From Candidatus Krumholzibacteriota bacterium (GTDB taxonomy: Bacteria; Krumholzibacteriota; Krumholzibacteriia; JAJRXK01), in NCBI GenBank assembly GCA_963727455.1, contig CAVSGG010000003.1, positions 128,001-192,000 on the forward strand: a stretch of DNA of 64,000 bases. The letters run 5' to 3'. A model generated the notes under the pieces. That model was given only the letters and a program-made list of their open reading frames with translations, was not told the DNA's origin and ran no database searches. Positions 1 to 7,813 of the stretch are shown piece after piece. The number at the start of each line of letters is the position of its first letter. The stretch's first letter is position 1. The position numbers and the translations under genes are program-made.

Positions 1-868
1 GGGCTTGGGTTATGACAAATGGGCTTATTGTATCGACCATTCCCCGGGGCAGGACCCACAACGAGTCGGCTACTTTTCTTTTTCTGCAAATGTCTTTCCC
101 GTGAAGGGAGCCTGGTATTCTCTGAGTGGCGCCCAACTCCGTATCCTCGGTCCGGATGAAACCAATACATACTATCTCGGCATTGCCAATACAGTGGAAC
201 TGCCGCATAGCGGCGCCAGCTGGTTGATCCGTGCGGGCGATTATCTATATGCTTTGGGGAATGGGATCGTAGTCCTCGACGTGTCGGACCCCCAGCTGCC
301 TGTAGTCATAAACTCTGTCGAGGTTCCCTACGCGGCGGGAACGGATGCGGCCATCGAGGGCAATCTCTTGGTTGTTCCGCGCGAAGCAATCGGACTCTCC
401 TTCTACGACCTCAGTGATCCAACAACTCCGAGGTGGATCGGTATCGCCCCCGCCTATCACAAGGCCATGGGAGTCGCGATTGGGCTGAACGATATCCTGG
501 TGACCGATCCCAGCGCTGGTCTCTTGCAGTATCCTTTGCCCTGCCAGCTCACCGCGGTGGCGGCGCCCCCATCCTCCGCCGCCCCGATTTTGCCATCTCT
601 AATGTTGCAGGGCGCGGTTCCCAATCCTTTCAATCCTGCAACCGAGATCGTCTACTACCAGGCAGTCCCTTCGGAAGTCGCCTTGAAGATCTATGACACA
701 CGGGGACGGCTGGTCTGGACCCACGAGGGATTTGCAAGCGAGGGCTGGCACCGCGTGCGGTGGAACGGTACGGACGTACATGGGAATGCCGTGGCCAGCG
801 GCAGCTACAGGGTTCTCCTGGAGGCGCAGCACGAGCGCCGGACCAAGGCGATCATGCTCGTGCGCTGA
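1..868 (+). CDS. LVIVD-repeat/beta-propeller protein with C-terminal FlgD-Ig/T9SS-CTD-like domain (5' partial)
   Basis: IVVLDVSDP and LSFYDLSDP LVIVD-like repeats; AVPNPFNP...IYDTRGRLV...WNG...VASGSY...KAIMLVR C-terminal domain; paralogous to 1018..3543; probably starts upstream of the window. Confidence 0.8.
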   Translation, partial: GLGYDKWAYCIDHSPGQDPQRVGYFSFSANVFPVKGAWYSLSGAQLRILGPDETNTYYLGIANTVELPHSGASWLIRAGDYLYALGNGIVVLDVSDPQLPVVINSVEVPYAAGTDAAIEGNLLVVPREAIGLSFYDLSDPTTPRWIGIAPAYHKAMGVAIGLNDILVTDPSAGLLQYPLPCQLTAVAAPPSSAAPILPSLMLQGAVPNPFNPATEIVYYQAVPSEVALKIYDTRGRLVWTHEGFASEGWHRVRWNGTDVHGNAVASGSYRVLLEAQHERRTKAIMLVR

Positions 869-966
869 AGCGATCCGCACCCGGGTTCTCGCGGCGCTCA
901 GCACGCGAGGGGCATGGATTTGGGGGGAAGCTCAACGAATTGAGGTTGATTATGCGCCGGCCATCC

Positions 967-996
967 TTGATTCGGGTGTCACGAATAGGATAGTAT
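967..996 (+). promoter_or_regulatory. putative sigma70 promoter
   Basis: TTGATT-N18-TAGTAT ending 21 bp upstream of ATG 1018, with AAGGAAGG RBS between. Confidence 0.35.
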
Positions 997-1017
997 TGAC
1001 GGGACAAAGGAAGGGTC

Positions 1018-3543
1018 ATGAGAAGAAACGCCCTCTTTGCTCCCGTTCTCTTGTTCTTACTGAGCCTTGGGTCTACTCCCGCCTCAGCTGATGCTTCCGA
1101 TTGCATCGACTATTCTGGATTGATGCATGTCTCCCACGAAATGGACATTCAGGGAAGCCTTCTGAGTCTGCGTGGACAAGAAGCCGCGGTGGTCGCGGGA
1201 GACACTCTCCGCCTATTGGATCTGAGCGATCCGAAACTGCCGATCGAAGAAGGAAGCATTGCGCTCCCGATAAGGCCGAACGCAATTCTCTGGACGCAAG
1301 ACGCGTTACTGCTCTCTACGAGCGGGTCCGGAGGAGGCATCTATGCCTTCGAGCTGAGGCCACCCTCCAGGCTCAAGGGCAGGGGATTCGTACCTGCAGT
1401 CGAGGTGTCGTATCACACGATCGGATTGGGAGCATTGGCAAACGGTTACTTCGTCGCAGTCGCAGAGGATTCCCTGCACATCTTGGAGCTAGCCGGCGGC
1501 AATGGCCTCCGGCGGCACGCGTCGTTCAAGCTGCCGGGAAAAATGGTACTGTGGGATATTGACGGAAATCGGATTGTAGGAGACTCCAACGTAGGAATCG
1601 CTCTGTTTGATGCCTCCAATCCGGACACACTTCAGCTCGAAGCGGCGATCACAGCCTGGCCATTTCAACTGGCTGGGGCTCTTAACGGGGACTGGCTATA
1701 TCTGATCGACTCACAAGTTTTTCGAATCGTCTCGATCGCCGATCTGGCGCATCCGCAAGAGCTGGGAACTCTCCCCGTGCTGCACGACCCTTACTCTCTT
1801 AAGAACCCCATCTTAAGGCAGATCGATTCGACGGTGCTCGTCTTCGCGGAAGGAACCTATTACTGGGCGCCGGGATTCATGTGCGCAGTAGACACATCCG
1901 ATCCTCTCCTCCCTCAACAGGCGGGCTACCTCGATCTGCAGTGTATCCTCAGTGGAGTCAGCATCGAAGAGACTCGTCCCTACGCTCACGTGCTTTCGGG
2001 CAACTCGGCGGTTCTCAAGACTATTGACCTCTCTCACATAGACAATCTCGAGTACACCTTGAGTTCTGTTCCACCCTTGAGTCTCTCCAAGCTGCGCTTG
2101 ACCAACGGTGGGCAGCGCGCAATCGCTTCCTTCAAAGGCGCCGGCCTTCAGATCCTCGACCGTCAACCCGACGGAAGTTGGATCGATACTGCGATGATTC
2201 CCACCTCTCCCTACGAGGTTGCAAACATCGTCTGTGACGGCCGTTATTTTTACGCAAGTGCATTTCATCACAATGACCCATGCTGTGGAATCGATCTCTG
2301 GTTCTTCGTTTATGATCTCGAGCAACGAAGGATCCTTGAGAGCCCAAATGTATTACGTTATCTCTTCATGGGGGCAGATCCACCCTATCACGTAGTGCGA
2401 GATGGGAACCAGGTAGTCATTAACTTGCCCGAAGATAACAGCTTCTGTATCGAACATGAGGTGGGAGAAGAGCCCAAAGTCGTGGCGGAAACTGCCCTTT
2501 CAGCGGTGTTCCCGGTCAAGGGAGCATGGTATGCACTGGGTGGTTCCCAGCTGAATCTCCTCGAGCCAACTCAATGGAGTACATACTATCTCCGAAGTGG
2601 GAAGACCGTTCCGCTTCCTTTGGATGGCGCTACCTGGATGATTCGGTCGGGTAACTATCTTTACGTTTTGGGTACCCAGGGCATCGTAGTTCTCGATGCA
2701 AGCGACCCACAGTCACTAACGGTCCTGAACTCCGTTGAAGTTCCCTATGCGGCCGGCTCGGAAGCCGCGATTGCGGGCGATCTCCTGGCGGTTTCCCGCG
2801 GTGGGTTGGGGCTGTCTCTCTACGATCTCAGTGACCCCACGACTCCCTCGTGGATTGGGATTGCCCCCGCATATCACAAGGCGCTGTGCGTGGCCATCGA
2901 CCCCAACGATATTTTCGTGCTCGACTCGGACCTTGGTCTCTTGCGGTACCCATTCCCTTGCGGACTCGACATCGAGGTCCCTGTATTCCAGCCCTTCGCC
3001 AAACTCCGCGCGGTTTCCATCGATGGAGGTCTTCGCCTGAGTTGGAATTTGACGGTTTCTCTTTCCTGGGATTCTTTCGATATCTTGCGGAGGAGCGGTC
3101 TCGAAGCTGCGCAAACTGTAGCGACTTTGCCCTATATCTCCTCCCAAGCACTGAACACCGACATCACCTTGCCTCTCGAGCAGCGCGCAGGCTACTACTC
3201 GGTGCTGGGTCATACGAAAAGTGCAGACTACCGATCGGAAGAAATTCGCTTCGATCCGCCCCCGTTGCCCTCCCTGCTATTGCAGGGTGCGGTTCCCAAC
3301 CCCTTCAACCCTAGCACTGAGATCGTCTACTACCAATCGACCCCGACCGAAGCTGCACTGAAGATCTATGACACCCGGGGACGTCTAGTATGGACGCACG
3401 AGCAATTCGGGGGTGAAGGGTGGCATCGTGTCCGCTGGGACGGATCAGACGCGCGCGGCAACGCCGTTGCCAGCGGCAGTTATCGGGTAGTCCTCGAATC
3501 ACAGAGGAAGAAACTCTCGAAATCGATCATGCTCATCCGCTAG
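1018..3543 (+). CDS. secreted LVIVD-repeat protein with Ig-like spacer and FlgD/T9SS-CTD-like domain
   Basis: Signal peptide (MRRNALF...PASA); repeated LLDLSDP/LFDASNP/VDTSDP/VLDASDP motifs; AVPNPFNP...KSIMLIR C-terminus. Confidence 0.85.
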   Translation: MRRNALFAPVLLFLLSLGSTPASADASDCIDYSGLMHVSHEMDIQGSLLSLRGQEAAVVAGDTLRLLDLSDPKLPIEEGSIALPIRPNAILWTQDALLLSTSGSGGGIYAFELRPPSRLKGRGFVPAVEVSYHTIGLGALANGYFVAVAEDSLHILELAGGNGLRRHASFKLPGKMVLWDIDGNRIVGDSNVGIALFDASNPDTLQLEAAITAWPFQLAGALNGDWLYLIDSQVFRIVSIADLAHPQELGTLPVLHDPYSLKNPILRQIDSTVLVFAEGTYYWAPGFMCAVDTSDPLLPQQAGYLDLQCILSGVSIEETRPYAHVLSGNSAVLKTIDLSHIDNLEYTLSSVPPLSLSKLRLTNGGQRAIASFKGAGLQILDRQPDGSWIDTAMIPTSPYEVANIVCDGRYFYASAFHHNDPCCGIDLWFFVYDLEQRRILESPNVLRYLFMGADPPYHVVRDGNQVVINLPEDNSFCIEHEVGEEPKVVAETALSAVFPVKGAWYALGGSQLNLLEPTQWSTYYLRSGKTVPLPLDGATWMIRSGNYLYVLGTQGIVVLDASDPQSLTVLNSVEVPYAAGSEAAIAGDLLAVSRGGLGLSLYDLSDPTTPSWIGIAPAYHKALCVAIDPNDIFVLDSDLGLLRYPFPCGLDIEVPVFQPFAKLRAVSIDGGLRLSWNLTVSLSWDSFDILRRSGLEAAQTVATLPYISSQALNTDITLPLEQRAGYYSVLGHTKSADYRSEEIRFDPPPLPSLLLQGAVPNPFNPSTEIVYYQSTPTEAALKIYDTRGRLVWTHEQFGGEGWHRVRWDGSDARGNAVASGSYRVVLESQRKKLSKSIMLIR

Positions 3544-3569
3544 TCCACTGTCTCCACTGAGGAGAAGCC

Positions 3570-6053
3570 ATGTTCAGGGCTGCTTTCTTATGTCTCGTTC
3601 TTCTCTTGTTGCTACAGGCACGGGCGAGCGCAAACGGAGCGATCGACTACGCCACCTATCCCACCTTCTACGAGAAGGAGTTGCCCGAGAGCGCGGCTGT
3701 TTCGGCGGTCCAGCACGATGATCTGGTACTTTCCCTGTACCGCGCAATTGTCACCGTATGGGACTACACCGATTTCTCCAATCCCGTTCAGCGGGGACAT
3801 GTAGCGGTCGATCCCGACGCGGTACAGCTCATCGAGCACAATGGTGAATCGTATCTTGTTGCGCGATACGCAAGAGATACAGGAGGGGGGTACTTTGACA
3901 CCGGGGGTCACCTGTACTGGATCGATGTGAGCAATCCAGATTCCCCAGTCAGCGTCGAAGTCTACAACACGGGTTGCACTGGACAAGTTACCAGCTGGGG
4001 CACGGCGCTGATCTATAACGTCTATCACCAGGTTTGCGATGAGCCTCCAAGTGGGCATTGCTGGTTGGCCTATTACACAAGCCAAATCCTCCACTTCTCT
4101 GGCCCCACTCAGGTATTTGTTGGTAACGCCGGAGACCGCTCTGACCAGGAATTCATGGGAAGCGGTCTTTGGTTTTGGACCCTTCAGGGGGACCGTCTCA
4201 CCGCCTATCCTTCGACCGATTCGACGGAGGGGAGCGTTCATCGCGGAATTCCGCTCGGAAGCGAACTCATCTCGAGTGTGGGAGATCGCGTTTGGATCCG
4301 CACCTCATCGTCCACGATCGACTGTTTCCGTGCCAGTCCGGACGCTGTGAACTTTGTCAGACGACTCACTTCCGAGCTGGCGGATGGAATTCTCCGCATC
4401 GTTCCGTGGCAAGAGGGTTCTCTGGCTCTAGGAAGTTTCGGAGTGCAAATCTTTGGACCTGATGCTTCCTCTGCTCCGATCTGGCGAGTGACTCAATCGC
4501 CGAACTTCGCGCTCGTGAAGAATGATCGCGCTTGGATGATCAGTGGACTCACGGGAAGTCAGGAGATTGTCCTGGACCCGCCAGTGGAAACTCCCCCGAG
4601 GATCGGCTTGGTCCGGCAGACGTATTCGCATCTCGACATGTCGGCGGACGGACGTTTTCTCTTCGCGAAAACCGGCGGCTTTCTCGACAGTTGGGACTTG
4701 GAGAGTTCAGGCGGTTCTCAACTCATTTCCCGCACCTACTTGGGTACATCTTCCAACATCAACTCTCTTTCCGTACTGGGGAATCGCATTGCTATCGTCT
4801 ATCCGGGAGAGGTCCAGCTGTATGGTTTCGATGCCGCGACCGGAGTGCCCACTTACGAGACCAGCTTTCTCACCCAGATTGCTGCCCGTGCGGGTGCGTT
4901 CGTGGACGGCACCCTTGTTAACCTGAGCCAAGAAGACGATCTCGAAATCCACGGGACCGGGCAGGGCACTCCCTTTCTTGGCCGCTACGACTCGGAAAAT
5001 TTCACGAATCTGCAGCAGTTGCACGCCGATGGTACCATGGTCTGGTTCGTCTCCGGGTCCGGGAGTGCAACCGAAGTGATCGGAGTTTCTATCGCCCAGC
5101 CACAGGCCCCGCAGATCGTAGCCGTGATTCCTCTGGGAGCCCCCGTGCGTTCGTTCACTATCGATCAGGGTACACTGATTGTACTGAGCAGTATTTACGG
5201 GTTGCGTGCATTTCGGTTCAGCGACATACAGGGGGTAGACGATCTCGGGGAATACTTCCCCAGTAGTGCCTTCAAGCTAGTTTGCCTGCGGGATGGAATT
5301 CTTTACGCCACAAACAGTGATGAAACACAGGTCTGGCGATGGAACAAAGGCGATCCTGAACTACTGGGTCTGCAAGAGGGTTCATCTGCCTATTCAGCCT
5401 ACGGACTGAGCGCGCGCGGGGGTAGTCTCGCTCTCCTCACCAGCGATTCGTACCATGGCCGAATTCTTCGTGTTTATCCTGCGCAACTGCCGGACGTGAA
5501 GGTTCCGGTCTTGCTCGAGAGTTTCGAAGTTTTCCCAACTGATACCCGGAGACACCTCGTCTGGAGTTTGGGCACAGCCTTGCCCGTTTCCTCGATGAGG
5601 TTGATCGTCGCGGAGGATGGGCTGGAGAAGGATCTCGAGCTCGAGCGTACGAGCCAAATTCAATACGAGGCCTGGGATGAACTCCGTACTCACGAGGTCA
5701 CCTACCGCCTGTTGGAGAAGCAGACTGATGGAAGCTGGATCGTCCTTCATGAAGAAAACGTCGCCGGATCCGCACTTTCTTGGCTTGGCCCGAAAGTGCT
5801 TCAGAACCCGGCCCGTGGCAGCCTGCACGTGGCCTTCGCCCAACCACGTTCCGGCCGCGTTTCCATCGATGTGATCGATCTTGCCGGACGAAGGATCGCC
5901 CGCTTGCAGAGCGGGGTCCTGCCGAGTGGCTTACACAATTTTCAATGGGATGGTCGCGATGCAAACGGGCGCGCCGTGGCACGCGGGGTCTACTTCCTGC
6001 GTTCTCAAAGCGGTGGACACCTTTCCTCGACCAAGTTCACCCTGGTGCGCTAA
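3570..6053 (+). CDS. secreted beta-propeller (LVIVD-like) protein with FlgD/T9SS-CTD-like domain
   Basis: GAGGAG RBS; signal peptide; WDYTDFSNP/IDVSNP repeats; VPVLLESF junction; QNPARG...DLAGRRI...WDGRDANG...GVYF...TKFTLVR. Confidence 0.85.
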   Translation: MFRAAFLCLVLLLLLQARASANGAIDYATYPTFYEKELPESAAVSAVQHDDLVLSLYRAIVTVWDYTDFSNPVQRGHVAVDPDAVQLIEHNGESYLVARYARDTGGGYFDTGGHLYWIDVSNPDSPVSVEVYNTGCTGQVTSWGTALIYNVYHQVCDEPPSGHCWLAYYTSQILHFSGPTQVFVGNAGDRSDQEFMGSGLWFWTLQGDRLTAYPSTDSTEGSVHRGIPLGSELISSVGDRVWIRTSSSTIDCFRASPDAVNFVRRLTSELADGILRIVPWQEGSLALGSFGVQIFGPDASSAPIWRVTQSPNFALVKNDRAWMISGLTGSQEIVLDPPVETPPRIGLVRQTYSHLDMSADGRFLFAKTGGFLDSWDLESSGGSQLISRTYLGTSSNINSLSVLGNRIAIVYPGEVQLYGFDAATGVPTYETSFLTQIAARAGAFVDGTLVNLSQEDDLEIHGTGQGTPFLGRYDSENFTNLQQLHADGTMVWFVSGSGSATEVIGVSIAQPQAPQIVAVIPLGAPVRSFTIDQGTLIVLSSIYGLRAFRFSDIQGVDDLGEYFPSSAFKLVCLRDGILYATNSDETQVWRWNKGDPELLGLQEGSSAYSAYGLSARGGSLALLTSDSYHGRILRVYPAQLPDVKVPVLLESFEVFPTDTRRHLVWSLGTALPVSSMRLIVAEDGLEKDLELERTSQIQYEAWDELRTHEVTYRLLEKQTDGSWIVLHEENVAGSALSWLGPKVLQNPARGSLHVAFAQPRSGRVSIDVIDLAGRRIARLQSGVLPSGLHNFQWDGRDANGRAVARGVYFLRSQSGGHLSSTKFTLVR

Positions 6054-6214
6054 AAGATGCTTAACCGTGCCACTCATTCGATCCGTGCTGCAATCCTCTC
6101 GATTCTATAGCCGGCTATAATTTTCAATACGAATAAATTTCGAAACTATGGATGCTTTCGTGAGATTTCTTGCCCATCTTGCGCACGAATTCCATTATTT
6201 CCAAGAATTTGCAC

Positions 6215-6243
6215 TTGCGCCTGGTTCTATATACCAATAGTAT
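6215..6243 (+). promoter_or_regulatory. putative sigma70 promoter with palindromic operator in the spacer
   Basis: TTGCGC-N17-TAGTAT; TGGT-N7-ACCA inverted repeat at 6222-6236. Confidence 0.45.
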
Positions 6244-6316
6244 GTTTGTATTACCTCCCCAAGGAAACGTCGAGTCCGTGAGCCGCTCGCGACAGCTCGT
6301 TTCGAGGAGGTCCGCC

Positions 6317-7714
6317 ATGTCCACTCTTCGCTCCGAAACCAGTCAATCCACGGCCACAGCTACGGCCACCACCGAGCTTGCTGCCTGTGCCTTTCGGCCG
6401 GGGCTTGGCGCCGCGCAGGTGGATCGCGAGCTGAAGGCGGCCGTACGCGACTGGCAGTCCGCCGAACACTGTGTCGTACTCTGGTTCGCCGAACTCAGCC
6501 GGCGTCGACTCTACAAGGAACTCGGATACGGCAGCATTCATCTCTATGCCACCGAGGTCTTGGGATTCTCTCAGGCGCGCTCCTACCAATTTCTCCAGCT
6601 CGCCGAGCGTCTGCGAAAACTCCCGGCGCTTGAAAAGGCCGTGGCTTCGGGCGAACTCGGTTGGACGAAGGCGCAGGTCGTCGCGTCCGTTGCGACCCCG
6701 ATGAGCGAGCGGCGGTGGCTGGAGAGAGCGAAGATCCTGAACCGACGCGAGTTGCAGGAGGAGATCGGCGCGGTCCGGCGCCAGACGAAGAGCGCGCTGA
6801 GAAGCTCCAACGCTCAGATGCAGATGGGATCCAAGAAGAAGGTCTCGCTTGCCGCCCGGATTGCGGAAAAGCAGCAGGCCAAGGCGTCGACCGTTTCGGC
6901 GAAGCTGAACTCGCGGAAGGATGATGGAAACAGCTGCGGGACGACAAACACAGATGCGGAACGCGGGAAGGCCGATACCGATCGCGATGCTGAACTGGAC
7001 TTTGCAAGTTCCGAGGCCGCGGAGATGCCGCTCAACGTCGGGCTGACCTTCACCGCAGAGCAGTTTGCCCGCTACGAAGCTCTGGTGGCCAAGCTCCGCC
7101 AGCGTGGGCATCGTGCGAAGAAGGCCGAGTTGATTCTCTCAGCTTTAGAAAACTTGTTGAGCAACTCCGAACTGCGAACCACTCGTAACTCCGCAGGCAG
7201 TGAGAAGTCCACCGGCAGTGAGAAGTCCACGAGTTGCCACAACTCCGAACTGCGAACCACCCGCAGAGAAAAAGGCACTCGTCAGAAGCGCCGGCAGGGC
7301 GTGGCCGGGCCCTCGTATCAGGTTCACATCCAACACTGTCCGCGCTGCGAGGCCGCGACGGTCTCCACGAGCAGGGGCGACCGGCGCATCGACCGCGCCA
7401 CCCTGCAGTCCGCGCTCTGTGATGCCAAGTTGCATCGCGAAACGGTGCGCTCGAAGAGACCGCGCACCGTCTCCACCACTCCGCCGCGTTTACGGCGCGA
7501 GGTGTTGGAACGCGATCACTTTCGTTGTCGCATGCCGGGATGCCGAAATCGGCAGTTCTTGCAGGTCCACCACATCGTGGCGCGGGAGGATGGTGGGAAG
7601 AACCGCGCGAGCAACCTCATCACACTCTGCGGGGCTTGTCATCGGGCTCTGCATGCGCTCAGCGCAACGCAGCGAAGCAGGGTGTTGCAGCGCACGAGCC
7701 GCCAGCTCGAGTGA
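6317..7714 (+). CDS. HNH endonuclease with DUF222-like N-terminal region
   Basis: GAGGAGG RBS before ATG 6317; RRLYKELGYGS...LGWTKA N-terminus; VLERDHFRCRMPGC...VHH...GG...NLITLCGACH HNH/zinc motif; extra CPRC. Confidence 0.85.
   Translation: MSTLRSETSQSTATATATTELAACAFRPGLGAAQVDRELKAAVRDWQSAEHCVVLWFAELSRRRLYKELGYGSIHLYATEVLGFSQARSYQFLQLAERLRKLPALEKAVASGELGWTKAQVVASVATPMSERRWLERAKILNRRELQEEIGAVRRQTKSALRSSNAQMQMGSKKKVSLAARIAEKQQAKASTVSAKLNSRKDDGNSCGTTNTDAERGKADTDRDAELDFASSEAAEMPLNVGLTFTAEQFARYEALVAKLRQRGHRAKKAELILSALENLLSNSELRTTRNSAGSEKSTGSEKSTSCHNSELRTTRREKGTRQKRRQGVAGPSYQVHIQHCPRCEAATVSTSRGDRRIDRATLQSALCDAKLHRETVRSKRPRTVSTTPPRLRREVLERDHFRCRMPGCRNRQFLQVHHIVAREDGGKNRASNLITLCGACHRALHALSATQRSRVLQRTSRQLE
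7162..7260 (+). repeat. nested intragenic direct repeats (A-B-B-A)
   Basis: CAACTCCGAACTGCGAACCAC at 7162-7182 and 7240-7260; GGCAGTGAGAAGTCCAC at 7196-7212 and 7214-7230. Confidence 0.9.
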
Positions 7715-7761
7715 GCGCTTGTCAGGTGCCGCAACGCTGCCTTCCGTCAGCTCTAGTGCGC

Positions 7762-7813
7762 GCCGCCCGAGCAAGTGCCTGCCGCCCGGGCGAGACTGAG
7801 CTGCCCGAGCTAG
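7762..7813. repeat. three imperfect 14-bp direct repeats with 19-bp period
   Basis: GCCGCCCGAGCAAG (7762), GCCGCCCGGGCGAG (7781), GCTGCCCGAGCTAG (7800), separated by 5-nt spacers. Confidence 0.7.

Noticed and set aside
1-3543. Diversity-generating retroelement (TR/VR pair) between genes 1 and 2
   Set aside because: Differences are mostly synonymous and not adenine-specific; no reverse transcriptase in the window.
869-6120. Integron cassette array (RYYYAAC-like GCTCAAC at ~931 and GCTTAAC at ~6059)
   Set aside because: No correctly placed GTTRRRY partner, no shared attC-like hairpins and no integrase.
6317-7714. IscB/Cas9-like RNA-guided nuclease
   Set aside because: No PLMP N-terminus or split RuvC motifs; the HNH is at the extreme C-terminus.
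7762-7813. CRISPR array
   Set aside because: 14-bp repeats with 5-nt spacers are far too short, and no cas genes are present.
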